This document shows, in pieces, positions 17,932 through 26,881 of a DNA stretch of 64,000 nucleotides; position 1 is the first letter of the stretch, and each line of letters starts with the position of its first letter. The position numbers and the translations under genes are program-made. The stretch is from NCBI GenBank assembly GCA_902825985.1, contig CADEDC010000002.1:23226-87225 (forward strand), written 5' to 3'. The stretch comes from an uncultured Acidobacteriota bacterium. Its GTDB lineage: Bacteria; Acidobacteriota; Vicinamibacteria; Vicinamibacterales; CAVVIG01. The notes under the pieces are model-generated. The model saw nothing but the letters and a program-made list of their open reading frames with translations. It ran no database searches and was not told the origin of the DNA.

Positions 17932-20181
17932 TTACGCCGCTGCCGGGGCGACCGCGGCCGGATCGGCGGCGGCGACGACCGCCGCCACGTCCACCAGATC
18001 GGTGACCCGCTGCTGCAGCACCACCGAACCGACGACGCCGGGCCGCGACACCCGCCGCTGCACGTCGATCCGCTCGCTGACGATGTCGAGAATCTGGCTC
18101 ACCACGAGACCGACGCTGCGGCCACCGTCGGCGTAGACGACGACCTGTCGCATGTCGGCGTCGTTGGTCGGGCGGCCCGCGAAGACCATGCCGAGGTCGA
18201 CGAGCGGCATGATCTCGCCGCGATACTGCACCACGTCCTGGTCACCCGAGCGTTCGATCGCCGAGACCGCGAATTCCTCGAGACGCGCCACCAGGTTGAG
18301 CGGGATCGCCATGCGGTCCTTCTCCCCCACCCGGCACACCAGGAGCGTCTGCAGGTCGTGCGCCGCATCGTCACGTACCTCGCTCGCGTCGCCGTCGTTC
18401 AGCCGGCGATCGCGGACCTCGGCGACGACCCGGGCCCGCTGGGCGATCCCGAGCACGTCGAGAATCAGTGCGACGCGGCCGTCGCCCATGATGGTGGCGC
18501 CGGCGAACGACTCGATCCCCTTCAGTTGCTTGCCGAGCGGCTTGACGACGATCTCCTCGGTGTCGTGGATCGCGTCGACGACCAACCCGAACTGCCGGTC
18601 GTCGGCTTTCAGCACGACGATGTTCACGACGTCGGCGTTGGTGCCGGCACCCGGGCGGTGGAAGGCTTCGTCGAGATGGACGAGCGGCAGCAGGTTGCCG
18701 CGCAAGCGGTAGAACGGCGCGCCCTGGATCCGCTCGATGCCGGCGCGCGCCTGCGTCCCTTCCAGCCGCACGAGTTCCAGCAGGCTGACCTGCGGAATCG
18801 CGTAGCGCTCGCCGTCGCCGCCGGCCACCATCAGCGCCGGGATGATCGCGAGGGTGAGCGGGATCTTGATCTTGAGCGTCGTCCCTTCGCCCATCTTGCT
18901 CTGGATGTCGACCTGTCCGCCGATCTTCTCGATGTTGGTCTTGACGACATCCATGCCGACGCCGCGGCCCGAGATGTTGGAGATCTTCTCGGCGGTCGAG
19001 AAGCCCGGCAGGAACACCAGACGCAGCACCTCGTGGTCGGACATGCGGCTCGCCTGGTCGGCCGAGATGAGGCCGCGCTGGGTCGCCTTGGTGCGCAACC
19101 GCGCCGGGTCGATGCCGGCACCGTCGTCGGAGATCTCGATATTGATCTGACCGCCTTCGTGGAAGGCGCGCAGGCGGATCAGCCCTTCCGCCGGCTTGCC
19201 GCGGAGCATCCGTGCCTCGGGCGACTCGACGCCGTGATCGACCGAGTTGCGGACGACGTGGGTCAGCGGATCCTTGATCGCCTCGATGATCGTCTTGTCG
19301 AGCTCCGTCTCCTTCCCCTCCATCTCGATGCGCACCTGCTTCTGGCAGAGCACGGCGAGGTCACGGACGATGCGCGGGAACTTGCTCCAGACGTTGCCGA
19401 TCGGCTGCATGCGTGTCTTCATCACGCCTTCCTGCAGCTCGGAGGTCACCAGGTTCAGCCGCTGCGTCGCGCCGACGAAGCTGTTGTCGGTCTGTGTCGC
19501 GGTGAACTGGAGGATCTGGTTGCGCGCCAGCACCAGTTCGCCGACCAGGTTCATCAGCTTGTCGAGCAGCACGACGTCGATGCGCAGCGACGAGTCGGCG
19601 GCGGCCCCGCGCCGGTCGTCCCCGGTGCGGCGGTCCTCGCCGGTCCGACGTTCGTCGGACGCGTCGTGCGCCGGCGCCGCCGGCTCGGCGTCCGCCGTCG
19701 CCGCGACGGGCGCGGCGGCATCGGCGGACGACGCAACCGCCGCCGGTGCAGCGGTCGCGTCGGCGGGGGCCCGCGGCGCAGACGTCGGCGGCTTGGCGAG
19801 CCCGCCCTCGTTGAGGCGCTTCAGCTCGGCGACCAATGCCCCGTAGTCACCGTCGCCCTCGACGCCTGTCTGCTCGACCTGCGCCAGGATCTGGCGGATG
19901 GCGTCCACCATGGCGAGCAGTCCGGTCGTGATCTCGGCGTTGAGCAGCAACTCGCCGTCGCGCATCTTCGACAGCAGGCTCTCACCCACGTGACTGATCG
20001 CTTCGAGCTTGTTGAAGGCGAGGAAGCCACAGGTGCCTTTGATGGTGTGGATGGTCCGGAACACGCTCGCGAGCGTGTCCGCGTTCCGCGGATCTTTTTC
20101 GAGGTCGACGAGCTCTTTGTCGAGCCGATCGAGGTTCTCGTAGCTCTCGATCAGGAACTCTTTGACCAGGTCTTCACTCAT
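17932..20181 (-). CDS. cheA: Chemotaxis histidine kinase CheA
   Basis: 749 aa. P1 Hpt (FRTIHTIKGTCGFL), a P/A-rich linker, dimerisation and HATPase regions (HVVRNSVDHG, DDGAGID, GRGVGMDVV), and a C-terminal CheW-like P5 domain. Confidence 0.95.
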   Translation of the reverse strand: MSEDLVKEFLIESYENLDRLDKELVDLEKDPRNADTLASVFRTIHTIKGTCGFLAFNKLEAISHVGESLLSKMRDGELLLNAEITTGLLAMVDAIRQILAQVEQTGVEGDGDYGALVAELKRLNEGGLAKPPTSAPRAPADATAAPAAVASSADAAAPVAATADAEPAAPAHDASDERRTGEDRRTGDDRRGAAADSSLRIDVVLLDKLMNLVGELVLARNQILQFTATQTDNSFVGATQRLNLVTSELQEGVMKTRMQPIGNVWSKFPRIVRDLAVLCQKQVRIEMEGKETELDKTIIEAIKDPLTHVVRNSVDHGVESPEARMLRGKPAEGLIRLRAFHEGGQINIEISDDGAGIDPARLRTKATQRGLISADQASRMSDHEVLRLVFLPGFSTAEKISNISGRGVGMDVVKTNIEKIGGQVDIQSKMGEGTTLKIKIPLTLAIIPALMVAGGDGERYAIPQVSLLELVRLEGTQARAGIERIQGAPFYRLRGNLLPLVHLDEAFHRPGAGTNADVVNIVVLKADDRQFGLVVDAIHDTEEIVVKPLGKQLKGIESFAGATIMGDGRVALILDVLGIAQRARVVAEVRDRRLNDGDASEVRDDAAHDLQTLLVCRVGEKDRMAIPLNLVARLEEFAVSAIERSGDQDVVQYRGEIMPLVDLGMVFAGRPTNDADMRQVVVYADGGRSVGLVVSQILDIVSERIDVQRRVSRPGVVGSVVLQQRVTDLVDVAAVVAAADPAAVAPAAA

Positions 20182-20245
20182 GGCGCCTCACCAGTTGACG
20201 AAACCCGACGCGGACGGGCAGGACCGTCGGACCACGGCCTGCATT

Positions 20246-20262
20246 GAGCAACCGACGTGCCT
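20246..20262 (-). promoter_or_regulatory. Candidate sigma-54 (-24/-12) promoter for the cheA operon
   Basis: The minus strand reads AGGCACGTCGGTTGCTC (consensus TGGCAC-N5-TTGCW) with correct GG-N10-GC spacing. It lies ~65-80 nt upstream of the cheA ATG (20181). It is 14/17 identical to the motif at 47982-47998. Confidence 0.4.
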
Positions 20263-20431
20263 CCGTGCCAGCCGGCCCGATCGGCGGCCGATCCGGGCGG
20301 GTTGCCTGGGATTTCCGCCCGCCACGACGACACGCGGGCGGCGGCGCGACGGCCGATCGATGTCGGCCGGCCGTCGCCGGCGGTCAACAATCCGTCAGAC
20401 AGCCGGGCGCGCCCTGGAGTGGAATCGGCGG

Positions 20432-20455
20432 CCGGCCTGGTAGCTTGAAGGCCGG
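20432..20455 (-). terminator. Candidate terminator hairpin just after the REC-REC-CheX gene
   Basis: CCGGCCT (20432-38) pairs with AGGCCGG (20449-55): 7-bp stem, 10-nt loop, starting 8 nt past the stop at 20463. A second 7-bp hairpin lies at 20351-20370 (CGGCCGA/TCGGCCG). No U-tract. Confidence 0.35.
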
Positions 20456-20462
20456 GACCCCG

Positions 20463-21785
20463 TCAAGCGACGGCGTCCTGCGATCTGGCCGTTCCGGCCA
20501 CGTCGGCACTGTCCCCGAGGAGGTCGCTGACCTCGCACGACATGACGATGTCGGCGCTCAACGGCGATACCTTGAGCTTGACGACCATGCCGTCGTCGGC
20601 CAGCCGGTCGGCATCCCAGACCGCCGGCTCGCTCTCGAGCTGCGGCAGTGAGCAGTCACTGGTCACCGCCCGCTCGTCGAGATGGGCGTGCATGCGGCCG
20701 CTGACCAGATTGGCGAGCTCAGCGGCCGTCGACAGGTAGTCCTCGACGACGACGTCGGCCGCTTCCATGCCCAGCATGCGGGCGGCGATCGCGGTCATCG
20801 ACGGCACCGTCGCGCGGATCCCGAGCTTCACGACGTAGCGGTTCTGGATGGTGATGTCGGAGATCGCCGCGATCATCGGCGCCGCCTCGGCGGCCTGTTC
20901 GAGCGGCTCGATCTCGGCGTCGAGCATCATGCCGAACACCTGCCGCGCGGCGCTGGTCACGCCCTGCGCGAGGTCGCCGGTCAGGCTGGTCACGGCGGCC
21001 AGCGGGCCCGGCACCCGCGTGAAACGCCGCAGCTCGGTCTTGAACTTCGCCGGGATGTACGAGCGGAGCATCACGTCGTCGAACAGCGCACCGCGCGGCT
21101 CGCCGGCGTCGGACGGATCGACGATGCCGACGATGCGGACCGGCTGCGACCCGGCCATGGCGCGCAGCTTCGGGACCAGCAGGTCGGCGCCCAGGATGCC
21201 GAGCTCCGAGCCGAGGAAGACGAGGCGGACCGGCGACTGCCGGAAGTGGGCCAGCGCCGCGGCGCCGGACCCGACCTCCATGATCGGTCCCTGCGTCGAA
21301 CCCTGGCTGACGAAGAAGTGGCGGTAGTCCAGACTGCCGTCGACGAGCAGCGCCGGCATGTCGGGACCCAGGCGGATCGACTGCACGTTGCCGTTGCGGA
21401 CCGACTTGCTCCGCGTCGACAGGTTGCTGCGCAGGCGCTCGAGCGCCGCCAGCACCTTCTCGGTGCGCGGCGGCTTGAGGATGTAGCCCTCGATGCCGAG
21501 GCGGACCAGGCGCACGACGATGTCCTCGCGGCGCTCCTTGGAGAGCATGAGCACCGGCAGCGTCTTCAGACGCGACGAGGAACGGATCGCCTCGAGCACC
21601 TCGACGCCGTCGATGAGCGGCATCTCGACGTCGAGGACGATGAGGTCGGCCTCCTCCTCGTCGAGCCGGCGCAGGGCCTCGACGCCGTCGACGCACTCGG
21701 CCGTCGTGCAGCCGAGGTTCTGTGTCAGCAGCCGCTTGATGACGAAGCGTGTCGACGCATCGTCGTCGCAGATCAGCACGTGCAT
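20463..21785 (-). CDS. Response regulator fusion: REC + degenerate REC-like middle domain + C-terminal CheX-like phosphatase domain
   Basis: 440 aa. N-terminal receiver (VLICDDDASTRF...LIVLDVEMPLIDG...MLSK...LKP). The middle region resembles a receiver (PALLVDGSLDYRH...LVFLGSELG) but lacks an obvious acidic pocket. The C-terminus carries the CXY motif S-x3-E-x2-N (STAAELAN) followed by ...SLP. Confidence 0.8.
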   Translation of the reverse strand: MHVLICDDDASTRFVIKRLLTQNLGCTTAECVDGVEALRRLDEEEADLIVLDVEMPLIDGVEVLEAIRSSSRLKTLPVLMLSKERREDIVVRLVRLGIEGYILKPPRTEKVLAALERLRSNLSTRSKSVRNGNVQSIRLGPDMPALLVDGSLDYRHFFVSQGSTQGPIMEVGSGAAALAHFRQSPVRLVFLGSELGILGADLLVPKLRAMAGSQPVRIVGIVDPSDAGEPRGALFDDVMLRSYIPAKFKTELRRFTRVPGPLAAVTSLTGDLAQGVTSAARQVFGMMLDAEIEPLEQAAEAAPMIAAISDITIQNRYVVKLGIRATVPSMTAIAARMLGMEAADVVVEDYLSTAAELANLVSGRMHAHLDERAVTSDCSLPQLESEPAVWDADRLADDGMVVKLKVSPLSADIVMSCEVSDLLGDSADVAGTARSQDAVA

Positions 21786-21794
21786 GGCTGCCCC

Positions 21795-22469
21795 CTATCG
21801 ACTCTCAGTCCGTGGATCCAGCGTGCCGTCGAGCTGCGGCCGGACGTAGCGATCGAAGCACTGCGGGCAGAAGCCGTGCGAGAACTTCACGTCGGTGTGA
21901 TGGCTGACGTACTCCTCGAGCGTCTGCCAGCTGTCACGATCGTCCCGGATGCGGCGGCAGTAGCTGCAGGTCGGCAGCAGGCTGCGCAGCTGGCGCACCT
22001 CGGCCAGCGCGGTTTCGAGCTGGAGCGCGCGCTGCACCAGGCGGTCGCGCAGGTCGACGGTCCGCAGGCCGACGCTCACACGCGCCCGCAGTTCGGCGGC
22101 GTTGGTCGGCTTGACCAGGTAGTCGTCGGCACCGGCGTCGAGCCCGGCGACGATGTCGGCTGCCTCGTTCCGGACGGTCACGAGGATGATGTAGGGTGCC
22201 AGCTGCGCGTCGCGGCTGCGCACCTGTTGACAGAGCTCGAGACCGCTCAGGTCCGGCATCATCCAGTCCACGAGTGCGACCCGCGGCCCGTCGTCCGCCG
22301 CCAGCGCCGCCAGCGCCCGGGTGCCGCAATCGACGGTCACCGCCTCCCACCCGGAGCGCTTGAGCACCGCGGCCAGCGCCGATCTCGTCGTCGCATCGTC
22401 ATCGGCGATGAGCACGCTGGCGGGGCGCGCCGTCGCGGCCGCGGCCGCCCGCGGTGTCATGGCTGGCAT
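21795..22469 (-). CDS. Response regulator with C-terminal coiled-coil and 4-Cys module (LPxCxxC..IRDD..W..FSHGxCPxC)
   Basis: Trimmed from ORF 21795..22634; start at 22469 (MPAMTP), or at 22460 as an ATGA overlap with the Hpt stop. Receiver VLIADDDATTR...ALVDWMMPDLSG...KP. C-terminus LLPTCSYCRRIRDDRDSWQTLEEYVSHHTDVKFSHGFCPQCF. Confidence 0.8.
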   Translation of the reverse strand: MPAMTPRAAAAATARPASVLIADDDATTRSALAAVLKRSGWEAVTVDCGTRALAALAADDGPRVALVDWMMPDLSGLELCQQVRSRDAQLAPYIILVTVRNEAADIVAGLDAGADDYLVKPTNAAELRARVSVGLRTVDLRDRLVQRALQLETALAEVRQLRSLLPTCSYCRRIRDDRDSWQTLEEYVSHHTDVKFSHGFCPQCFDRYVRPQLDGTLDPRTESR

Positions 22470-22855
22470 CCCGGTCCGCCGGCGGATGACGGGTGCCGGC
22501 TGATCGTCCGCACCCACGCCGCGAGCTCGGTCAACAGCGCATCGGCGGTCACCCGGAAGTCGGGCCGCAGGGCGGCGACCCGCCGGGCGTCGCCGCCGCG
22601 CGCCCCGAGCTCGAGCGCCTCGGTGACGCCGCACAACCGGAGCGCGCAGACGTTGCCCACCGCCCCCTTGATCGTGTGGGCGACACGGGCCACCTGGGCG
22701 AGGTCGCCGGCCTCCGCCGCCTGCTCGAGGCTGTGGACGTAGCGTGGCAGATCGGCCTGGACGAGGCCGATGAGTTCCTGAATCGCCTCGAGGTCGTTGT
22801 CATACCAGCGACACACCTCCTCGGGGTCAAACGCCAGTTGGCTGTCTTCCGTCAT
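22457..22855 (-). CDS. Histidine phosphotransfer (Hpt) protein
   Basis: Trimmed from ORF 22457..22963; the start ATG at 22855 overlaps the upstream kinase stop (ATGA). 132 aa with the Hpt motif VAHTIKGAVGNVCA. Confidence 0.8.
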   Translation of the reverse strand: MTEDSQLAFDPEEVCRWYDNDLEAIQELIGLVQADLPRYVHSLEQAAEAGDLAQVARVAHTIKGAVGNVCALRLCGVTEALELGARGGDARRVAALRPDFRVTADALLTELAAWVRTISRHPSSAGGPGCQP

Positions 22856-25680
22856 GCTGCGCCCTCCTGCGCCGCCGTCGACCCGATGCGTGCCAAGGCG
22901 GTCGCCAGCGCCTCGGACTGCAACGGCTTGGACAGATAGTCCGACATGCCGGCGTCGAGGCATTTTTCACGGTCCCCGCGCATGGCATGGGCCGTCATCG
23001 CGATAATCGGCAGTTGGCGGCAATCCGGGAGCAGCCGAATCCGCCGGGTTGCCTCGTAGCCGTCCATCTTCGGCATCTGGCAGTCCATGAACACCGCGTC
23101 GTAGCGGTGTGTCCCGACCCGGGCGAGCGCCTCCTCGCCGTTCTCGACGATCTCGACGCTGCACCCGAGCTTCTCGAGAAAGCGGCGCGCGACCTTCTGG
23201 TTGATCGTGTTGTCCTCGGCGACGAGGACGTGCAGGCCGGCGACGAGCGGCGCGGCGGCGCCGGCAGACTCGACGGCGACCCTGGCGCGGGCCGCCTCGA
23301 CGAGGGGCAGCTCGAACCAGAACGTCGAGCCTTCGCCGACCGTGCTGAACACGCCGATCTCGCCGCCCATCAGCTCGACCAGCTGCCGGCAGATCGTCAG
23401 GCCGAGGCCGCTGCCGCCGTACTTGCGGGTTGTCGAGCTGTCGGCCTGCGTGAACTTCTCGAAGATGGCGTCGAGCTTCTCGGCGGCGATCCCGATTCCC
23501 TGATCGGCGACGGCAAACCGCAGGCGCGGCCGTTCGCCGGCGGGCGTCAGCGCGCTGACGGCAATCGACACCATGCCCTGATGGGTGAACTTGATGGCGT
23601 TGTCGGCCAGGTTGATGAGCACCTGGCGGATCCGCGTCGGGTCGCTGATGATGCTGGACGGCACGTCCGACGCGACGTTCATCACCAGCGCCAGCCCCTT
23701 CTTCTGCGCCTTGACGGTGACCGGCTCGAGCGCCGACGTCAGCTCCTTGCGCAGCTCGAACGACACCGGGTCGATGGTCAGCTTGCCGGCCTCGATCTTC
23801 GACAGGTCGAGCACGTCGTTGACGATGGTCAGCAACGCCTCGGCCGACGAGCGGATGCCCTCGCTGAGGTCACGCTGCTCGCCGCTGAGCGGTGTATCGA
23901 GGAGCAACGTCGTGAGGCCGATGACGCCGTTGATCGGCGTCCGCACCTCGTGGCTCATGTTGGCGACGAACTCGGATTTCAGCCGCGACGCCGCGAGCGC
24001 CTCCTGGCCGGCGCGGACCAGCGCATCCGACAGTTCACGCTGCTCCGTGATGTCGCGCAAGGTGCCCGACGTGCCGGTGCCGCGCCCGTCGTCGGTCATG
24101 CGGGCGTGCACCTCGATCCAGCGCACCGCACTCCCGCGGGTGCGGCAGCGGACTTCGTAGCGCGACAGCGCCTTGTCGCGCCGCAGCAGCGGCAGGAACC
24201 GCTTCTCGTGCAGGTCGCGGTCGTCCTCGTGCACGAAGTCGATGATGTTCCGGCCGAGGCTGTCGTCCGGATCGAAGCCGGTGATTTCGGTCCACGCCGG
24301 ATTGAGGTAGGTCCAGCGGCCGTCCTGATCGGTCTCGAACAGCACGTCCTGCAGGCTCTCGACGACGCGGCGGAAGCGCTGCTCGCTGGCCAGGATCGAC
24401 TGTTCGTCGCGCAGCCGTTCCGAGATGTCACGGGCGATCAGCGCGTAGAACTCGACGCTGCCCTGGTAGCCGACCTGCGCCAGCACCAGCCGCGACACCG
24501 GCGTCAGCGTGCCGTCGCGATGCTGGATGTGGGTTTCGCACTGGCTGGTGCCGCCGTTGTCGCGCGCCCGCTCCAGCGCCTCGCGGAACTCGCGCGCCTG
24601 GCCGTCGCTGCCGAGCAGCGCCTCGAGCGGCGTGCCGAGCACCGGCGTGTTCACCGCCAGCCCGCACATCGTGCGGGCCGCCCGATTCATGTAGGTCGGC
24701 AGGCCGTCCCGGTCGAAGAACGCGACGAAATCGGGCGAGCTGTCGAGCACGCGGGCCATCCGGCGGTTCACGCCCTCGATGCGGACGCGGTCGGAGATGT
24801 CGATCCCGTGCGCCATGACCAGCGGGCCATCGGGCGACTCGAAGACGAAGTTCTGATAGGCGAGCGCGATGCGGCGCCCGCCGGGGCCCTGGAGGGTGAG
24901 CAGCCCCTGGAAGTGGCCGTTCTGTTCGGCGAGCTGCAGGTAGCGCTCGTAGCCCTCCCAGTACTCGGGCGGCACGAACTCGCGGAGATTCGCGCCGAGC
25001 ATGTCGGCCCGCGCGCGACCGAGCGCCCGGCAGCCGGCGCCGTTGATCATGCGGATGGTGCCGTCGAGTTCGTGATAGAGAATGACGCCCTGCGCGTTCT
25101 CCACCAGCTCGCGGTAGTGCTGCTCGCTGCGCGCCAGCTCGCCGTGGGCCGCCGCGACGTCGTGCAGCTCCAGCCGCAGGCGAGCCGCCGCCTGTCGGAG
25201 ATCGATCTGCGACAGCACCTGCCGCGCCAGCCGCTGCAGCGCGTCCAGCTGGTCGGCCGTCAGCCGGCGCGGGACCCGATCGATCACGCAGAGGGTGCCG
25301 AGCGCATGCCCGTCCACCCCGACCAGCGGCACCCCGGCGTAGGCGCGGATGTGCGGCTCGCCGGTCACCAGCGGATTGTCGGCGAAGCGCGGGTCCAGCC
25401 GGGCATCCTCGACCAACATCGGGACATCCGGCGTGAGGATCGCGTGCGAACAGAAGGCGACGTCCGGCGGTGCCCCGGCCGCCGCCAGGCCGTGCGACGA
25501 CTGGCACCACTGGCGGTCCGCGCCGACCAGGCTGATCAGGGCGATCGGCGCGCCACAGATCTGGGCGGCCAGACGGGTGAGGTCGTCGAACGCCGGTTCG
25601 GGCGGCGTGTCGAGGATGCCGAGGCGGCGCAGTGCCGCCAGCCGTTCGGGCTCGCCGGTCGTCGTGGCGGGCGGGATCAT
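22852..25680 (-). CDS. GAF-PAS-PAS-PAS hybrid sensor histidine kinase with C-terminal receiver
   Basis: 942 aa. N-terminal GAF-like region (LGILDTPPEPAFDDLTRLAAQICGAPIALISL). PAS repeats. H-box FVANMSHEVRTPINGVIG. HATPase motifs (DNAIKFT, DQGIGI, GGSGLGL). Receiver (VLVAEDNTINQKV...VFMDCQMPKMDG...KP). Confidence 0.9.
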   Translation of the reverse strand: MIPPATTTGEPERLAALRRLGILDTPPEPAFDDLTRLAAQICGAPIALISLVGADRQWCQSSHGLAAAGAPPDVAFCSHAILTPDVPMLVEDARLDPRFADNPLVTGEPHIRAYAGVPLVGVDGHALGTLCVIDRVPRRLTADQLDALQRLARQVLSQIDLRQAAARLRLELHDVAAAHGELARSEQHYRELVENAQGVILYHELDGTIRMINGAGCRALGRARADMLGANLREFVPPEYWEGYERYLQLAEQNGHFQGLLTLQGPGGRRIALAYQNFVFESPDGPLVMAHGIDISDRVRIEGVNRRMARVLDSSPDFVAFFDRDGLPTYMNRAARTMCGLAVNTPVLGTPLEALLGSDGQAREFREALERARDNGGTSQCETHIQHRDGTLTPVSRLVLAQVGYQGSVEFYALIARDISERLRDEQSILASEQRFRRVVESLQDVLFETDQDGRWTYLNPAWTEITGFDPDDSLGRNIIDFVHEDDRDLHEKRFLPLLRRDKALSRYEVRCRTRGSAVRWIEVHARMTDDGRGTGTSGTLRDITEQRELSDALVRAGQEALAASRLKSEFVANMSHEVRTPINGVIGLTTLLLDTPLSGEQRDLSEGIRSSAEALLTIVNDVLDLSKIEAGKLTIDPVSFELRKELTSALEPVTVKAQKKGLALVMNVASDVPSSIISDPTRIRQVLINLADNAIKFTHQGMVSIAVSALTPAGERPRLRFAVADQGIGIAAEKLDAIFEKFTQADSSTTRKYGGSGLGLTICRQLVELMGGEIGVFSTVGEGSTFWFELPLVEAARARVAVESAGAAAPLVAGLHVLVAEDNTINQKVARRFLEKLGCSVEIVENGEEALARVGTHRYDAVFMDCQMPKMDGYEATRRIRLLPDCRQLPIIAMTAHAMRGDREKCLDAGMSDYLSKPLQSEALATALARIGSTAAQEGAA

Positions 25681-26873
25681 CAGTGCGCCACCTCACCGCC
25701 GCCGCTCGCGCCGACATCGTCCAGGCACTCGCGTATCGCCTGCAGCAGGACGCGCGGCCGGCACGGCTTCCGCAACAGCCGTGCCGACGGCTCGGCCAGC
25801 TGTGCCTCGACCGCCGCGTGCTCGGTGTGGGCGGTGAGGAAGATGGCGCGCAGTTCGGGGCGCTGGACCCGCAGCCGGTCGAGCAGCTCACGGCCGCTCA
25901 TCTGCGGCATCACGAGGTCCGACAGCAGCAGATCGATGGGCTCGCCGCCGGCGCCGGCCTGCCGGCAGGCTTCGGCGCCGTCGACCGCCGACAGCACGCG
26001 GTAGCCGGCATTCGCCAACGTGCGCTGCAGCAGTCCGCGGACGATGCCGTCGTCCTCGGCGATGAGGATCGTTTCGCTGCCGCCCGGCCCGGCCGCCGGA
26101 GCGACGACGGCGTCGCTCTCGGGCACGCCGGCATCCGCCAGCGGCAGGTAGACCTCGAACGTGGTGCCGCGACCGGGCGCCGACAGCACGTCGACGTAGC
26201 CTCCGCTCGACTTGACGATGCCGTACACGGTCGCCAGTCCGAGTCCAGTCCCCTTGCCGGCCGCCTTGGTGGTGAAGAACGGTTCGAAGATGCGGAGGCG
26301 GACAGCCTCCTCCATGCCGGCACCGGTATCCGACACCGCCAGCCGCACGTAGTCGCCATCGGGTGCCTGCTCACCCGACGCGTCGACGAAGCCGGCCCGC
26401 CGCACACCCTGCACGGTGACGGTGAGCCGGCCGCCGGCCGGCATGGCATCGCGGCCGTTGGCCACCAGGTTGAAGACCACCTGATCGAGCTGGCCGCGAT
26501 CGACGCGCGCCACCAGCCGGCTGTCGGTGCCGACGATGTCGAGCGTGACGTCCTCCGGCACCAGCCGCCGCAGCATCTTCTCGAGCGACTGCACGGCCGG
26601 TGCGATGGCGACGTCGGCCGGGTCGATCGCCTGGCGGCGGCTGAACAGCAGCAGCTGCCGGGTCAGCGTGCCGGCGCGTTCCGCCGCTTCCAGGATCGTC
26701 TGCACCGCCTCCTTCGAGTCGTCGTCGGCGACCGACTGCGCCAGCATCTCGGCGTAGCCGCTGATCACCATCAACACGTTGTTGAAGTCGTGCGCCACGC
26801 CACCCGCCAGACGCCCGAGCGCTTCCATACGCTGGGCCGCGGTGCTCGCGTCGCCGGTGTGTGGAGTGCGCAT
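25680..26873 (-). CDS. Input-less hybrid histidine kinase (HisKA-HATPase-REC, no sensor domain)
   Basis: 397 aa. The H-box GGVAHDFNNVLMVISGY starts about 20 residues from the N-terminus, so there is no room for a sensor domain. Also NLVANGRDAM, DTGAGM, GKGTGLGL, and the receiver ILIAEDDGIVRG...LLLSDLVMPQMSG...KP. Confidence 0.9.
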   Translation of the reverse strand: MRTPHTGDASTAAQRMEALGRLAGGVAHDFNNVLMVISGYAEMLAQSVADDDSKEAVQTILEAAERAGTLTRQLLLFSRRQAIDPADVAIAPAVQSLEKMLRRLVPEDVTLDIVGTDSRLVARVDRGQLDQVVFNLVANGRDAMPAGGRLTVTVQGVRRAGFVDASGEQAPDGDYVRLAVSDTGAGMEEAVRLRIFEPFFTTKAAGKGTGLGLATVYGIVKSSGGYVDVLSAPGRGTTFEVYLPLADAGVPESDAVVAPAAGPGGSETILIAEDDGIVRGLLQRTLANAGYRVLSAVDGAEACRQAGAGGEPIDLLLSDLVMPQMSGRELLDRLRVQRPELRAIFLTAHTEHAAVEAQLAEPSARLLRKPCRPRVLLQAIRECLDDVGASGGGEVAH

Positions 26874-26881
26874 GCCAGTCC

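Noticed and set aside
15801-26004. Long plus-strand ORFs (15801..18005, 18358..20247, 20682..22742, 22987..26004) opposite the che and kinase genes. Similar cases are 34719..37082, 41158..42864, 56540..57874 and 59870..61684.
   Set aside because: All are Arg/Gly/Ala/Pro/Asp-rich with no recognisable motifs. Each is fully overlapped by an opposite-strand gene with strong family signatures. I treat them as antisense shadows, not overlapping genes.
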